From positions 2,816,001 to 2,880,000 of the forward strand of contig OY762428.1 in NCBI GenBank assembly GCA_963665665.1: a stretch of 64,000 nt of DNA, read 5' to 3'. Within the stretch, counting starts at the first letter, position 1, and each line of letters opens with the position of its first letter. A model generated the notes under the pieces. That model saw only the letters and a list, made by a program, of their open reading frames with translations, had not been told where the DNA came from and did not search any database. Shown in pieces: positions 39,251 to 49,152 of this stretch. This DNA comes from Candidatus Kapaibacterium sp. (lineage in GTDB: Bacteria; Bacteroidota; Ignavibacteria; Kapaibacteriales; UBA2268). Position numbers and translations under genes: made by a program.

Positions 39251-40537
39251 ATGAATAAAAAAATTGAAACAATTTTTAATGATATTTATTTTAAAGAATT
39301 GTTAAGTTATTATGAACAGGTAGATTATCTTTCAATTTTGAGTTGCGGTAGAAGAGAATTATCACACTCTTCATTTATTGCATGGTTAGCTGATCCATCA
39401 GGAAATCATGGATTGAATGACTTTTTTCTTCAGTCAATTTTTGAAATATTTATTGCCCGTTTTTACAGTAAATCAATAGATATATCAGGCAAAAATATCA
39501 ATATATTTACCGAGAAGACGATAAAATCAGGAAGACTTGATATTTATATTGAATCTGCTGATGAAAAGTGGCAAATTGTAATTGAAAATAAAGTGCATTC
39601 AAAAGAAGGAGATCACCAATTAAAAAAATATTTTGAAGAATTGAATAATAAATACGATGATACATTTTTTCTATATTTAAAACCTCATCTCTTGTCAGGC
39701 TCAGAATATCCACTATCTGCTGATTTTAAAGTAATTTATTATCAAGAAATTATTCCTTTATTAAATTCATCATTTGAGCTTGCAGTAAATAAAGGACATA
39801 TTGAAACTGCATTATTAATAAAATCTTATGTTAGAAGTTTATCAATAATATCATTAGATTCAGTAAATTTTGATGCAATGGCTTTAAGTTGTTTTGAACT
39901 TAAACAATTGAAAAGATTATATAGAAATCATAAATTGTTATTCGAGGATATAAAAAGTGAGATTTCTGAGAGCGAGTCAAATGATTACTTAGATTCGATT
40001 GAAAGTATCAAGAATAGTCTGATGTTCATTAACTTATTAAAATTAATGAGCTTTGGAGAAGTATTGAATTTAGATGATCAAGCTAAAGTAATTTTGTTTT
40101 CAAATGATAAAGATAATTCAAAATACGATGTATTGAATGATGCAGGGATAATTGCTAATTGTGTACCTAAAACTAATTTATTCTATATATTAGTTGAAAA
40201 TTATATTAATAATAATATTGGGATTAATCTAAAAAAATTTGAAGAGGATTTCCCTAATTCTTTTGGAATTGAAGATATTGAAATCGAATTATATAAAGTT
40301 TTTAAAAATAGTAAAGAAGCCCAAATTGAGAACAAAAAACATTACCCTAAACGTAAGAATCCTTTTTTTGATTATGAAAATATTTTTGAACTTGAAGACT
40401 GTGTAATTGTTTTGAAAAAAGCTTGGACAGCAAAACAAAAAAACAAATTGAATGGAAAATCATCAATTGAATTACTTTTACAATTTATTAAAAAAAATGA
40501 GTCAAAGTTTAACATAAGAGTTGAACAATGTAAATAA
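39251..40537 (+). CDS. PD-(D/E)XK nuclease family protein (PDDEXK_4-like)
   Basis: ELSHSSFIAWLADP, GRLDIYI, IENKV and HQLKKY motifs; very low GC. Confidence 0.8.
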   Translation: MNKKIETIFNDIYFKELLSYYEQVDYLSILSCGRRELSHSSFIAWLADPSGNHGLNDFFLQSIFEIFIARFYSKSIDISGKNINIFTEKTIKSGRLDIYIESADEKWQIVIENKVHSKEGDHQLKKYFEELNNKYDDTFFLYLKPHLLSGSEYPLSADFKVIYYQEIIPLLNSSFELAVNKGHIETALLIKSYVRSLSIISLDSVNFDAMALSCFELKQLKRLYRNHKLLFEDIKSEISESESNDYLDSIESIKNSLMFINLLKLMSFGEVLNLDDQAKVILFSNDKDNSKYDVLNDAGIIANCVPKTNLFYILVENYINNNIGINLKKFEEDFPNSFGIEDIEIELYKVFKNSKEAQIENKKHYPKRKNPFFDYENIFELEDCVIVLKKAWTAKQKNKLNGKSSIELLLQFIKKNESKFNIRVEQCK

Positions 40538-40551
40538 CATATTAATTTCTT

Positions 40552-40595
40552 TTCCCCTCCTTTTTGAAGGAGGGGAAAACAGGGGAGGTTGTTTC
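40552..40595. repeat. REP-like hairpin between convergent genes
   Basis: tcccctcctttttgaaggaggggaaaacaggggaggtt is homologous to 26977-27013. Confidence 0.7.
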
Positions 40596-40612
40596 AATTA
40601 TTTCTCCCCCCC

Positions 40613-41593
40613 TCACCCCTCCAGATTCTTCAGCGCTTCTTTATGCATGCTTATCAGTTCATCCCGCAATTTTTCGGGTTTAACGGAGCTAATGCAGGAA
40701 CTCCAGCTTATCAGCCATGATTTCAGTTCCGGGCTTAGCGGAACCAGCATTTCCAGAGACAGGCTGCCGTCCTCGTTATCTTTGAATTTCTGTGTCTGAT
40801 GCCAGAACCTGTTCTCGAAATATTTCCTGCTGTCGGCATTTATTATAATTTCCACTTTTTCGGGTTCGCCCCAGAAAACGCCGAACCTGATTGCCGAGAA
40901 TTTTTCCTGGTTGAAATCCGGAACTTCCACATCTTCATGCACTGCTTCCTGAATGTCCGTTATTCTGTGAATTGCCATAGCTATATAATACTGATATTCC
41001 GGGATATAAACCGCCGCGTAAAGATACCCCGCGTTCGAGAACATCCTTGCTATCCTGCCGATATAACTTTTCTGATACCCACTGCCCGATACATCGTAAT
41101 CAATTGTTACCCATTGCTTTTGCGTGATCGCTTCTATCACTTTCTTAATAATCCTGTCATGCCCGGAGTAATCATAGCTGCCGATATTTTTATCCCAGAA
41201 GAATGGCTCCCCGTCGAACACGTCGCCAACGGCGTGGCTGTCTATCTTATTAAGCAGAGCATTTATCTCTTCCTCGAAGTATGTACCCTTAAAATTTTTC
41301 AGGTTGGCCTTCAGCATATAAAGCGAAAGCAGGTCGTTTTCACGGAAAATTATACCCGAACGTAAATTTTCATCAATATGCCAGATGGTTGTTCTTCCTT
41401 CTTCGGTAAATGTTATTTCCGGGGCAATCGCCAGGAGTGTTTGCATGTCCCGCTGTATTGTTCTCGGGGAATAATCTCCTCCATGATCATTAAGCAAACG
41501 CTCTCGTATTTCACTTGTTTTCAGTTTTTTACCGCTAAGCAGCATTCTGTAAATTGCGAAAATTCTTTCTACCTGGGAATTGATTTCATTCAT
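40613..41593 (-). CDS. WYL-domain transcriptional regulator 2
   Basis: SPRTIQRDM HTH; DKNIGSYDY; RFWHQTQ...LKSWLISW; paralogue of 38172. Confidence 0.88.
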   Translation of the reverse strand: MNEINSQVERIFAIYRMLLSGKKLKTSEIRERLLNDHGGDYSPRTIQRDMQTLLAIAPEITFTEEGRTTIWHIDENLRSGIIFRENDLLSLYMLKANLKNFKGTYFEEEINALLNKIDSHAVGDVFDGEPFFWDKNIGSYDYSGHDRIIKKVIEAITQKQWVTIDYDVSGSGYQKSYIGRIARMFSNAGYLYAAVYIPEYQYYIAMAIHRITDIQEAVHEDVEVPDFNQEKFSAIRFGVFWGEPEKVEIIINADSRKYFENRFWHQTQKFKDNEDGSLSLEMLVPLSPELKSWLISWSSCISSVKPEKLRDELISMHKEALKNLEG

Positions 41594-41612
41594 TTTTCTA
41601 TTCCATTACAAA

Positions 41613-41646
41613 ACGACATTATATGACGCATGGACGCTTATATTTG
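41613..41646 (+). promoter_or_regulatory. WYL-type operator plus -10 box between WYL2 and its divergent gene
   Basis: acgaca-ttata-tgacgc-N9-TATATTTG. Confidence 0.7.
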
Positions 41647-41684
41647 CAAATATTGTGTTTGATAAGCAAGAAAGTACAGAATAC

Positions 41685-42662
41685 ATGACAAAGTTCCTGG
41701 AAAAAATGCTTGACGATAAGCGGGACAGATTTTATACAATCAATGGAATATTTTTTCATAATATCAGGTTCAGGATCCAATGTGCGCGCAAAGTTGAATC
41801 TGCTGACGATATTAACAGGCTGACCGTAGTAGTGGAGGAAATTGCCCGCAATCTGAATGATATTTCCTGGATAAAAAGAATTCTGCTGAATTATTCACCC
41901 AATGCCAGGGCGGAAGAACTTGACAAACTTGCCTCTCTTGCTTTCAAAATAACCGGAGACAGAAATTTTGTTGTTGCTTTGCTGAGCAGGGCTGCAAAAG
42001 ATATTTCCAGAGTCTCCGGGTTTATCAGGAATGCTATGCTTATAGATATTTACCTGAGCAGCAGCAGAAAGCTTACCGGATATTTGAAAAAAAACGACAG
42101 CCCTGATGTTCCGGCGCGGGACTGGCTGAAATTTGCTTCCTTCATTGAAATATTTCACGACATGAACCTTGAGCCGCAGTATAACAATATAATCGGCCTT
42201 TGTTTCGATAATGCTCGTAAATCGATTGTTGATGATAATAATTTCGATGATCTATGTTTCTTCCTTGAGTCTGCCATAGCCTGCAAGGCGCCATGCAGGG
42301 ATATTATTATCAGCAGATACGTGGACTATATAATTTCAATAACCAACAGCGCTGTCAGGAATAACGATGACAGGCTGCGGCTTCTCAGGATTTTTTCGGA
42401 TATTTTCGATAAAAAGTTTTCAGCCAGCGACAGTGAAGTTTTCCATTACATGGCTAAATATTTATCTACACCAAAGGGCAAATGGGCAAAGCAATACTAC
42501 TTTTATATGTACGATATCCGCTGGTGCGAAGTACTTTTCCGCCGCGCGTTCGGCAGGAAGAATTTCGGCCCTGAGGACGATGGAAATTACAGGATACTTG
42601 CCATGCTCATCCGCGAAATTTTCGGCCCGGAGCAGCCCTGCATTATCGAATATATCCAATAA
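41685..42662 (+). CDS. Helical-repeat hypothetical protein, distant paralogue of 36783-37838
   Basis: LNDISWIKRIL, TGDRNFVVALL and MYDIRWCEVLF repeats. Start moved to MTKFLEK, downstream of the promoter. Confidence 0.6.
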   Translation: MTKFLEKMLDDKRDRFYTINGIFFHNIRFRIQCARKVESADDINRLTVVVEEIARNLNDISWIKRILLNYSPNARAEELDKLASLAFKITGDRNFVVALLSRAAKDISRVSGFIRNAMLIDIYLSSSRKLTGYLKKNDSPDVPARDWLKFASFIEIFHDMNLEPQYNNIIGLCFDNARKSIVDDNNFDDLCFFLESAIACKAPCRDIIISRYVDYIISITNSAVRNNDDRLRLLRIFSDIFDKKFSASDSEVFHYMAKYLSTPKGKWAKQYYFYMYDIRWCEVLFRRAFGRKNFGPEDDGNYRILAMLIREIFGPEQPCIIEYIQ

Positions 42663-42814
42663 TTGAATGTTTACGATAAAAAAATCACAAGTGCTTTAAT
42701 TTTGAATTAAGAAACGTTAATGTATAGGAATTAATAAATATATTTTGTAATATTAGGAGGGAATTAAATTCAAAGGAAAAAGAAATATATTATAAATTTG
42801 AAAGGAAATTTATT

Positions 42815-44977
42815 GTGAATTACAGTATTATTCAAGAATTAGTATCTGATTTTCAGAAAAAGTATAAGAAAGAGCCAAACGCTTTATTTAAAGATGACGA
42901 CATATTTTTAGAACAACTCAATGAAATTTTTGAAGAAATACTTGATGAACCATTTGAGAGTATTGAAGATGCTGAAGATTTGTTTTTAATTACAAAAAAT
43001 TATTTTGGAAAAGGAAAAATTAGGGTTATTGTCATTCATACAGATTATTTATTAATCAGATCATTTAAAGAAAAATTTTTAGGTGGTTGGAAGATGCTTG
43101 ATGAAGAAGAATTTGAACCACTTCAAATTGACTGGTTGGATATTAAAGGTATCAAGTATCGTAAGAAGTTAAATGAATTTTGTATCAAATTTAAAAATGA
43201 GAATAATACTTTATGTTTCAATTTAGAATTAATTCTCAATGATAATTTTGATTTAAATTTTACATCGGACCTCTTTTTCTTAATTAAAGATATTGCTAAC
43301 AGAGTAAATGAAAATGATGAGACTTTCGATCAATTAATTGAAAAATACAAGAAAAAAATATCAGAAGAAAAGTATGATGTGGCTTTAAAAATTGTAAATA
43401 ATTTGATTGAAATGAAGCCTGATGATCCACTATTTTACCAATGGAAAGGAGATTGTTTATTAAAAATAACAAAGCTATCAGAATCAATTGATATGTCATT
43501 ACTGGCTTTAAAACTTTTACAAGAAATTAATGGTACTGAATTATCTGATTATAACGAAGATTATCTAAATATATATAATAATTCTAATTATAATATCGGA
43601 CTGGCCTATGATCAACTAGGAGATAAATATAATGGTCTTTGGTATATGAATAAATCGTATCATGCTTGTTTGGACAATAATACCAAAATTTTATGGAAAA
43701 AAGATTTGGATAAAGTATATTCCGATTTTATCCAAAAACTACCGGAAATTGATTATTCAGAAAGAAAATTGATTTTTATCGAAAATGGACTACCTGAATT
43801 TAAGGTCGATACTATACTGCCTTTAGATATATCTAATATGGGATCAATAAAATTTCCTCCATCACATCCCAAAAAAGGTGAACTATATATCGGGCATCCT
43901 TTTAAAAATGATACATATTATCCTGTTGAAGATTATGAAAATCAGTTATTTCAAAGTCAGGTAATGGAACTGAATCATTTGCTTCAATGTCTTGGTGCAA
44001 CAGCTATAAAATCTGAAAATGCAAAAATTGTTACTGACAATGGGGCTGTGTCAATGAGCAGCAATAGTAAATCGAATGGGGAATCAGAACATAGTATGGA
44101 TGGTAAGGCAAAAATTCATGATGTTGACGCATCTACTCAGAATAAATCGAATGTTGAAATCCAAGATGATAAAAAATATTGTAGTTCTTCTGATCAACAA
44201 AAATCTATGACAACAGAGCAGCATTTTAATCCAAAGATTAAGCCATATATACCAGATGATTTAGTTTGGTATCACCACAACGATACATGGCAAAGTTTGG
44301 CAAAACAGAGACTACAGGGAGGCTTATTGATGCATGAAATGACAATTTCCACAAAGAACCTCAGCATAATTAATGAAAATGAAAGAAATAAAATCAATGA
44401 AGATTTCAAAAAGTTAGTAAGTGCAGGGTATTCAAATTTGTTGGTTTCAGGGAAACTTTCGGCTAGTACAAACACACAAACTGAAAGGACAAGTGATGTT
44501 TCATATGCAATTTCTAAAAGTGAACATTTTGAACAAAAAATACAAATTGAATTTGCTCCAATTGATGATTTAACTGAAGAACCGTCAATTTATAAAAAAA
44601 ATGAAATTCAACATGAAAATATACTACAACAAGATTTAACCGAGAATGAAAAAGAATATCAGGAATTAATTGAAGATGCTATCGAAGATGGAGAAATTGA
44701 TGACTCTACAAGAAAATTCTTAGATAAAAGATTAAAACGATTAAATATTACACCGGAAAGAGCAACAGAGATAGAAAATTTAATTTTAAATGCTAATAAT
44801 TATACAGAGGATGAACTTGATTATATCGATATGCTTGAAGATGCGATAGATGATGGAATTATCGATGAAGCAGAAAGAAAATTCTTAGATAAAAGAATGC
44901 AAAGATTAAATATTACTAAAGATAGAGCTTCGGAGATAGAAAGAAAGTTTATACAAAATTTGAACAAAAATTCTTAG
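42815..44977 (+). CDS. TPR protein with putative pore-forming-like central domain and duplicated TerB-like C-terminal helical repeats
   Basis: TPR-like helices (KPDDPLFYQWKG, YNIGLAYDQLG); LLQCLGATAI followed by Ser/Thr/Asn-rich segments; two EDAIxDGxID...RxxRLNIT repeats. Confidence 0.55.
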   Translation: MNYSIIQELVSDFQKKYKKEPNALFKDDDIFLEQLNEIFEEILDEPFESIEDAEDLFLITKNYFGKGKIRVIVIHTDYLLIRSFKEKFLGGWKMLDEEEFEPLQIDWLDIKGIKYRKKLNEFCIKFKNENNTLCFNLELILNDNFDLNFTSDLFFLIKDIANRVNENDETFDQLIEKYKKKISEEKYDVALKIVNNLIEMKPDDPLFYQWKGDCLLKITKLSESIDMSLLALKLLQEINGTELSDYNEDYLNIYNNSNYNIGLAYDQLGDKYNGLWYMNKSYHACLDNNTKILWKKDLDKVYSDFIQKLPEIDYSERKLIFIENGLPEFKVDTILPLDISNMGSIKFPPSHPKKGELYIGHPFKNDTYYPVEDYENQLFQSQVMELNHLLQCLGATAIKSENAKIVTDNGAVSMSSNSKSNGESEHSMDGKAKIHDVDASTQNKSNVEIQDDKKYCSSSDQQKSMTTEQHFNPKIKPYIPDDLVWYHHNDTWQSLAKQRLQGGLLMHEMTISTKNLSIINENERNKINEDFKKLVSAGYSNLLVSGKLSASTNTQTERTSDVSYAISKSEHFEQKIQIEFAPIDDLTEEPSIYKKNEIQHENILQQDLTENEKEYQELIEDAIEDGEIDDSTRKFLDKRLKRLNITPERATEIENLILNANNYTEDELDYIDMLEDAIDDGIIDEAERKFLDKRMQRLNITKDRASEIERKFIQNLNKNS

Positions 44978-45069
44978 TAAGTATGATTTTTGTTCGCAAA
45001 TTGATTTTTAATTAAGTACTATCCAAAAATTTATACTATCGATTTTAATCGATAGAAAAATTTGTTAAA

Positions 45070-45094
45070 AACTACCCCGCTTGCAGCGGGGTAG
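45070..45094. other. GC-rich hairpin at a module junction
   Basis: ctaccccgc-ttgca-gcggggtag; preceded by palindrome ctatcgattttaatcgatag (45037-45056). Confidence 0.5.
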
Positions 45095-45140
45095 CCTTAA
45101 ATTTTTCACCCCACCCCACCACAAAAAGGATCTCAAAACC

Positions 45141-47798
45141 ATGCAACAAATAAACACAGAAAAACAGGAAATATTAAATATTGACGGAAACGTGCTCGTG
45201 GCGGCTAATCCCGGTACTGGGAAAACGCTGCTGCTTGCCCATAAATATCTGTCACTTCTGCAAAAGGGTGTTGCCCCGGAAGATATCCTTTGCCTGACTT
45301 TTACCCAAAAGGCTAAGGACGAGATGGAGGAAAGGATCGTCAATTTAGTTAATGATAATGCTATCCCGGCTGATGTTAATAAAATTTGTGTGCATACTTT
45401 CCATTCCTATGCCGTGGAAAATATCGAGGTGCAGAATCTTGTTCCCCCAACTTTGCTGCGCTACACTATTATCAGGTATCTGAAGCGGAATAAATCGTTC
45501 AACTATGGCGATGATTATATTGCCAATCATATTGTCCCCCTTATTGAAAGGCATATAACTTACCTGAAAACTTTCGGAATACTCCCCGACATGATAGATA
45601 TTGCCAAAGTGCAGTCCCTGATTGAAAGTTACGGCAATTATTCGAAAGAGGTTCTCGACAGCTATGCTGAAATTTTTGTGGATGTATTCCGGGAATACGA
45701 AAAGTTCAAATTTAACAAGGGAATTGATTACGCCGATATGCTTATCATGTTCCATGAACTGAAACACAAGCCCCTGTTCGAGTATGTTCTGATAGATGAG
45801 TTGCAGGACGTAAACCCGCTTGAAGCAAAAATGGCAAGGGATTCCGGCAATGTTTATTTTGCCGTGGGAGATCCCAAGCAGTCCATTATGGGTTTTCAGG
45901 GCGGAACAATTGCCAACTTCGAATATTTTCAGGATTCGCAGCAAAGGGTACTTTCCGAGAATTTCAGGTCCGGCAATGAAATAATAGATTATGCCAGGAC
46001 ATTTTATTCAACATACACACAAAACCATGAGCATACAGAGCAGCTGGAATCCCTGGCTAATAATAATATCGATCCGCTGCCGCTGCCGAAACTTTACAGG
46101 GTGGAAAAAGATAAAGCTTTTTCCCGGGCCTGCGACCTGGCCGGGGAATTATACGCCGACGGAAAGAAAGTAGCCCTTATCGCCCGCACGAATAATCATG
46201 TTTCCCAAATATCCGGTGAATTGGAAAAACGCGGCATCAGTCATTCATCCACATTCTTTGCCGCTTCGGATAAAACCAAAAACATGATCATCGAATTTCT
46301 GAAAACATTCTTCACCAAAGAGCCCGAACAGGTGATAAGTTCATTTTTCACTCCCTTTTCTCCTGTCAGCCTGGAGAAAGCCTCGATAATTTCTGATCAG
46401 TCCGGCCTGACCCTGAATGATATTTTCGAACAGGCCCCCGAGATAGAAAAGCTGATAGAACCGGTAAAAACAATCGAGGATCTGAACGATGTATTTAAAA
46501 AGATTATCCTGCCGGTGTCGATAACTTACGGACGGCAATATTTTGATACTGCTATGGCTATTTACAACACTTTCGAGGAAGCCGTTAAAAATATTAAGTT
46601 CAAAAGCTATGAAAGATTTATCGATTACCTGAATGCCGCTGTAACTGACAATAGCAGCAATGCGCCGGAAAAGCAGATAGTTGTAACCACCATACACAAG
46701 GCAAAGGGCAAGGAATGGGATCACGTGATTTATCTTGGGTCGGAAATTAAAAGCAGGCCTACCTTCCAGGATAAAGTATTCGGGAAAATAATTGAAGCCC
46801 TTGATATTTCAATTGAAGAGGAATTGGAGGAAGAGGAATTGCGCCTTGATTTTGTTGCTTTTACAAGGGCAAAGGAAAGCCTGCATCTTGTTCCCGCAGG
46901 TGCCCGGAATTACAATGTCGGCGATATTGAAAAAGAAAGCAAAGAGGCAGAAACCGCCGAATACGAAACAGTATTCTGCGAGAACATGAAAAGGGCCTAC
47001 ACATTGTTTCTGAACAGGGAATATGATCTTGCTAAGGAAGTATTGAATGATGATTCGAAATGGCTGATACAGCATATCGAAAATCATTTCAAAAATCTGA
47101 AACACCTTTCATTTTCCGCCATAAGCGATAATGCCTTTGAATACCTGAAAGAAAGAATACTGAAGCTGAAATTTTTCTCGAAGGCTCTTTCTCTCGGTTC
47201 CGAGGTGCATGACATAGCCGAGAAAATACTGAACGGCGAAAGCCCTGATTATGATCCGAAGCTACAGCCGTATATCGATAATATCAGAGAAGTGATTGGC
47301 AAAATTTCAGTCCGCTACCCGGAAGTATCCGGCGCTGAGATGAAACTGGATATTAAGCTCAGCGATATTTTCGACATCGATGATGATATTAAGTTTATCG
47401 GTTATATCGATGCTGTTTTCAGAAATGGAGATCAATACCTTTTGCTGGACTGGAAAACAAATATTGCTAAAAGCCAAGAGCACAACAAATATCGCAAGCA
47501 GCTGGAAACCTACAGGCAGGGCTTTGCTTTCCAGATGAATATACCGCTTGAAAATATCCGAACAGCCATAGCCTATATCGGCCTGCGCGAAAGGGTGAAT
47601 ACCGGCCTGGTAAACTATGAACTGGCCTATGACACCAAACCCGGAGCAGTATTCAGCAATTTCACTTCGGTAGTCCGAACACTAACGGAATGGAGAAAAG
47701 ACGTAAACATCTTCTGCCGTGAATTCATCGATCAGAATATCGAAGGCGAATACCTCTGGCGCGCAATAGCAGAGCAATTGCAGAAGGAGATGGGGTAG
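45141..47798 (+). CDS. UvrD/Rep SF1A helicase fused to C-terminal PD-(D/E)XK nuclease (AddA/AdnA-like)
   Basis: ANPGTGKT, LTFT, IDELQD, VGDPKQSI, ENFRS, TIHKAKGKEW, VAFTRAK; GSEVH...GYIDAV...LDWKT. Confidence 0.88.
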   Translation: MQQINTEKQEILNIDGNVLVAANPGTGKTLLLAHKYLSLLQKGVAPEDILCLTFTQKAKDEMEERIVNLVNDNAIPADVNKICVHTFHSYAVENIEVQNLVPPTLLRYTIIRYLKRNKSFNYGDDYIANHIVPLIERHITYLKTFGILPDMIDIAKVQSLIESYGNYSKEVLDSYAEIFVDVFREYEKFKFNKGIDYADMLIMFHELKHKPLFEYVLIDELQDVNPLEAKMARDSGNVYFAVGDPKQSIMGFQGGTIANFEYFQDSQQRVLSENFRSGNEIIDYARTFYSTYTQNHEHTEQLESLANNNIDPLPLPKLYRVEKDKAFSRACDLAGELYADGKKVALIARTNNHVSQISGELEKRGISHSSTFFAASDKTKNMIIEFLKTFFTKEPEQVISSFFTPFSPVSLEKASIISDQSGLTLNDIFEQAPEIEKLIEPVKTIEDLNDVFKKIILPVSITYGRQYFDTAMAIYNTFEEAVKNIKFKSYERFIDYLNAAVTDNSSNAPEKQIVVTTIHKAKGKEWDHVIYLGSEIKSRPTFQDKVFGKIIEALDISIEEELEEEELRLDFVAFTRAKESLHLVPAGARNYNVGDIEKESKEAETAEYETVFCENMKRAYTLFLNREYDLAKEVLNDDSKWLIQHIENHFKNLKHLSFSAISDNAFEYLKERILKLKFFSKALSLGSEVHDIAEKILNGESPDYDPKLQPYIDNIREVIGKISVRYPEVSGAEMKLDIKLSDIFDIDDDIKFIGYIDAVFRNGDQYLLLDWKTNIAKSQEHNKYRKQLETYRQGFAFQMNIPLENIRTAIAYIGLRERVNTGLVNYELAYDTKPGAVFSNFTSVVRTLTEWRKDVNIFCREFIDQNIEGEYLWRAIAEQLQKEMG

Positions 47799-48004
47799 AA
47801 ATTACTGTATATGTGCTAGTACAATTAAAGCGAAACTTGGAAGTATAAGAATTTATAGTGATTAAAATAATGAAAAAGTTATACAAATTAAACCATTAAA
47901 TAATTATTGTATTTTTACTATAAAATGAGTAATTTTTAGAATTGTTTGAACGCTTACAATATTTATTGATTTTTTAGTTTTCTACACTTATTATTAATAT
48001 TATT

Positions 48005-49141
48005 ATGAATAATATATCAGATTTAATTGCAAAAGAAACAAGTAGTAAAAACTACAAATCATATAAGTATTGTATCGAAAATATTGAGGTTCCAAAAGTA
48101 CAATATGATGATAAACAAGATATCATTATTAAAAAAATTGGTGAGACAGACAAGGGATTAAAAAAAACAAAATCATTGAGAGAATATGCAAAAAAAATTA
48201 ATGGTAATCCATTATTTAAATACTTCCTTGATGGTTCAAGAAGAACTTATAAAGTTGATGATGTAGCCTTTAACAACAAAATTTATCCTATTATTGCTGG
48301 TCAAATAGGAGTTGGAGTTTGTTATCGTGAGAATAGTGATTTATTTAAAGCTTATAAATTTCTTAATCCATTAGCTATTAGTTTGCCAAGTGTTTTGAAT
48401 TCTGTAAGTAAAAATGATAAATTGTATTTCAACCAATTGTTGGAAAAAATAAATCAATTAAATATTTTAAAAAATCAAAATTTAAAATTTAATAGCATCT
48501 TGCCATATAGGTATAATGCTTCAAAAGAAGATGATAAATATGAAGACAGAGGCGTTGCGAAAATTCAAGATGAAATGATACGATTGGAAAAAATAACAGT
48601 AAAAGAGTTAGTTAGAGAAAAAAAACTTAATAAAAATGCATTTCTAATAAAGGATGGCTCTTTAGAATATGAATGGGATAAAAGCGATTTTAAAAATATT
48701 TCTTCGATTAAATCAAACTACGCAAATGTTGTTGGTGTTTCCAAAGCATTTAATCCAGAATCATTATCATCATATAATAAAAAAATTTCCCAAATAATTG
48801 CTGATCTATCAGAATTCCATAGAACGCCTGCATTTATGTATGAAACAACTCGAATTCCAGATGTAAAATTTGCAGTTTGGTATTTGAGGATAAGAAAAAC
48901 CGTAAATCCATTTGATGGGATTGTAAAAATTGAAAAAATTCTTGTTTGGGATAAAGAAGAAGAAGATGGATTAGATTCAGATGAAATTGATTTAATTAGT
49001 GCAAATATTATCAATGAAAGAAATCCTGTATGCTATGGGAAAGATAATAGATGGGCTAAACACTTATACCCCATATTTTTAACAGAGAATTATATTAAAA
49101 GTAAATATCTAAATGATTTTCATTTTATTAGTTTATTTTAG
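48005..49141 (+). CDS. NurA-like (RNase H/PIWI fold) nuclease
   Basis: FLDGSRR, LIKDGSL, VGVSK, WYLRIR and LYPIFLTE motifs; immediately upstream of HerA. Confidence 0.7.
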   Translation: MNNISDLIAKETSSKNYKSYKYCIENIEVPKVQYDDKQDIIIKKIGETDKGLKKTKSLREYAKKINGNPLFKYFLDGSRRTYKVDDVAFNNKIYPIIAGQIGVGVCYRENSDLFKAYKFLNPLAISLPSVLNSVSKNDKLYFNQLLEKINQLNILKNQNLKFNSILPYRYNASKEDDKYEDRGVAKIQDEMIRLEKITVKELVREKKLNKNAFLIKDGSLEYEWDKSDFKNISSIKSNYANVVGVSKAFNPESLSSYNKKISQIIADLSEFHRTPAFMYETTRIPDVKFAVWYLRIRKTVNPFDGIVKIEKILVWDKEEEDGLDSDEIDLISANIINERNPVCYGKDNRWAKHLYPIFLTENYIKSKYLNDFHFISLF

Positions 49142-49152
49142 AGGGTATTAAT

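Noticed and set aside
45141-47798. Gabija GajB or canonical AddAB
   Set aside because: No OLD/TOPRIM GajA or AddB neighbour; the helicase carries its own nuclease domain.
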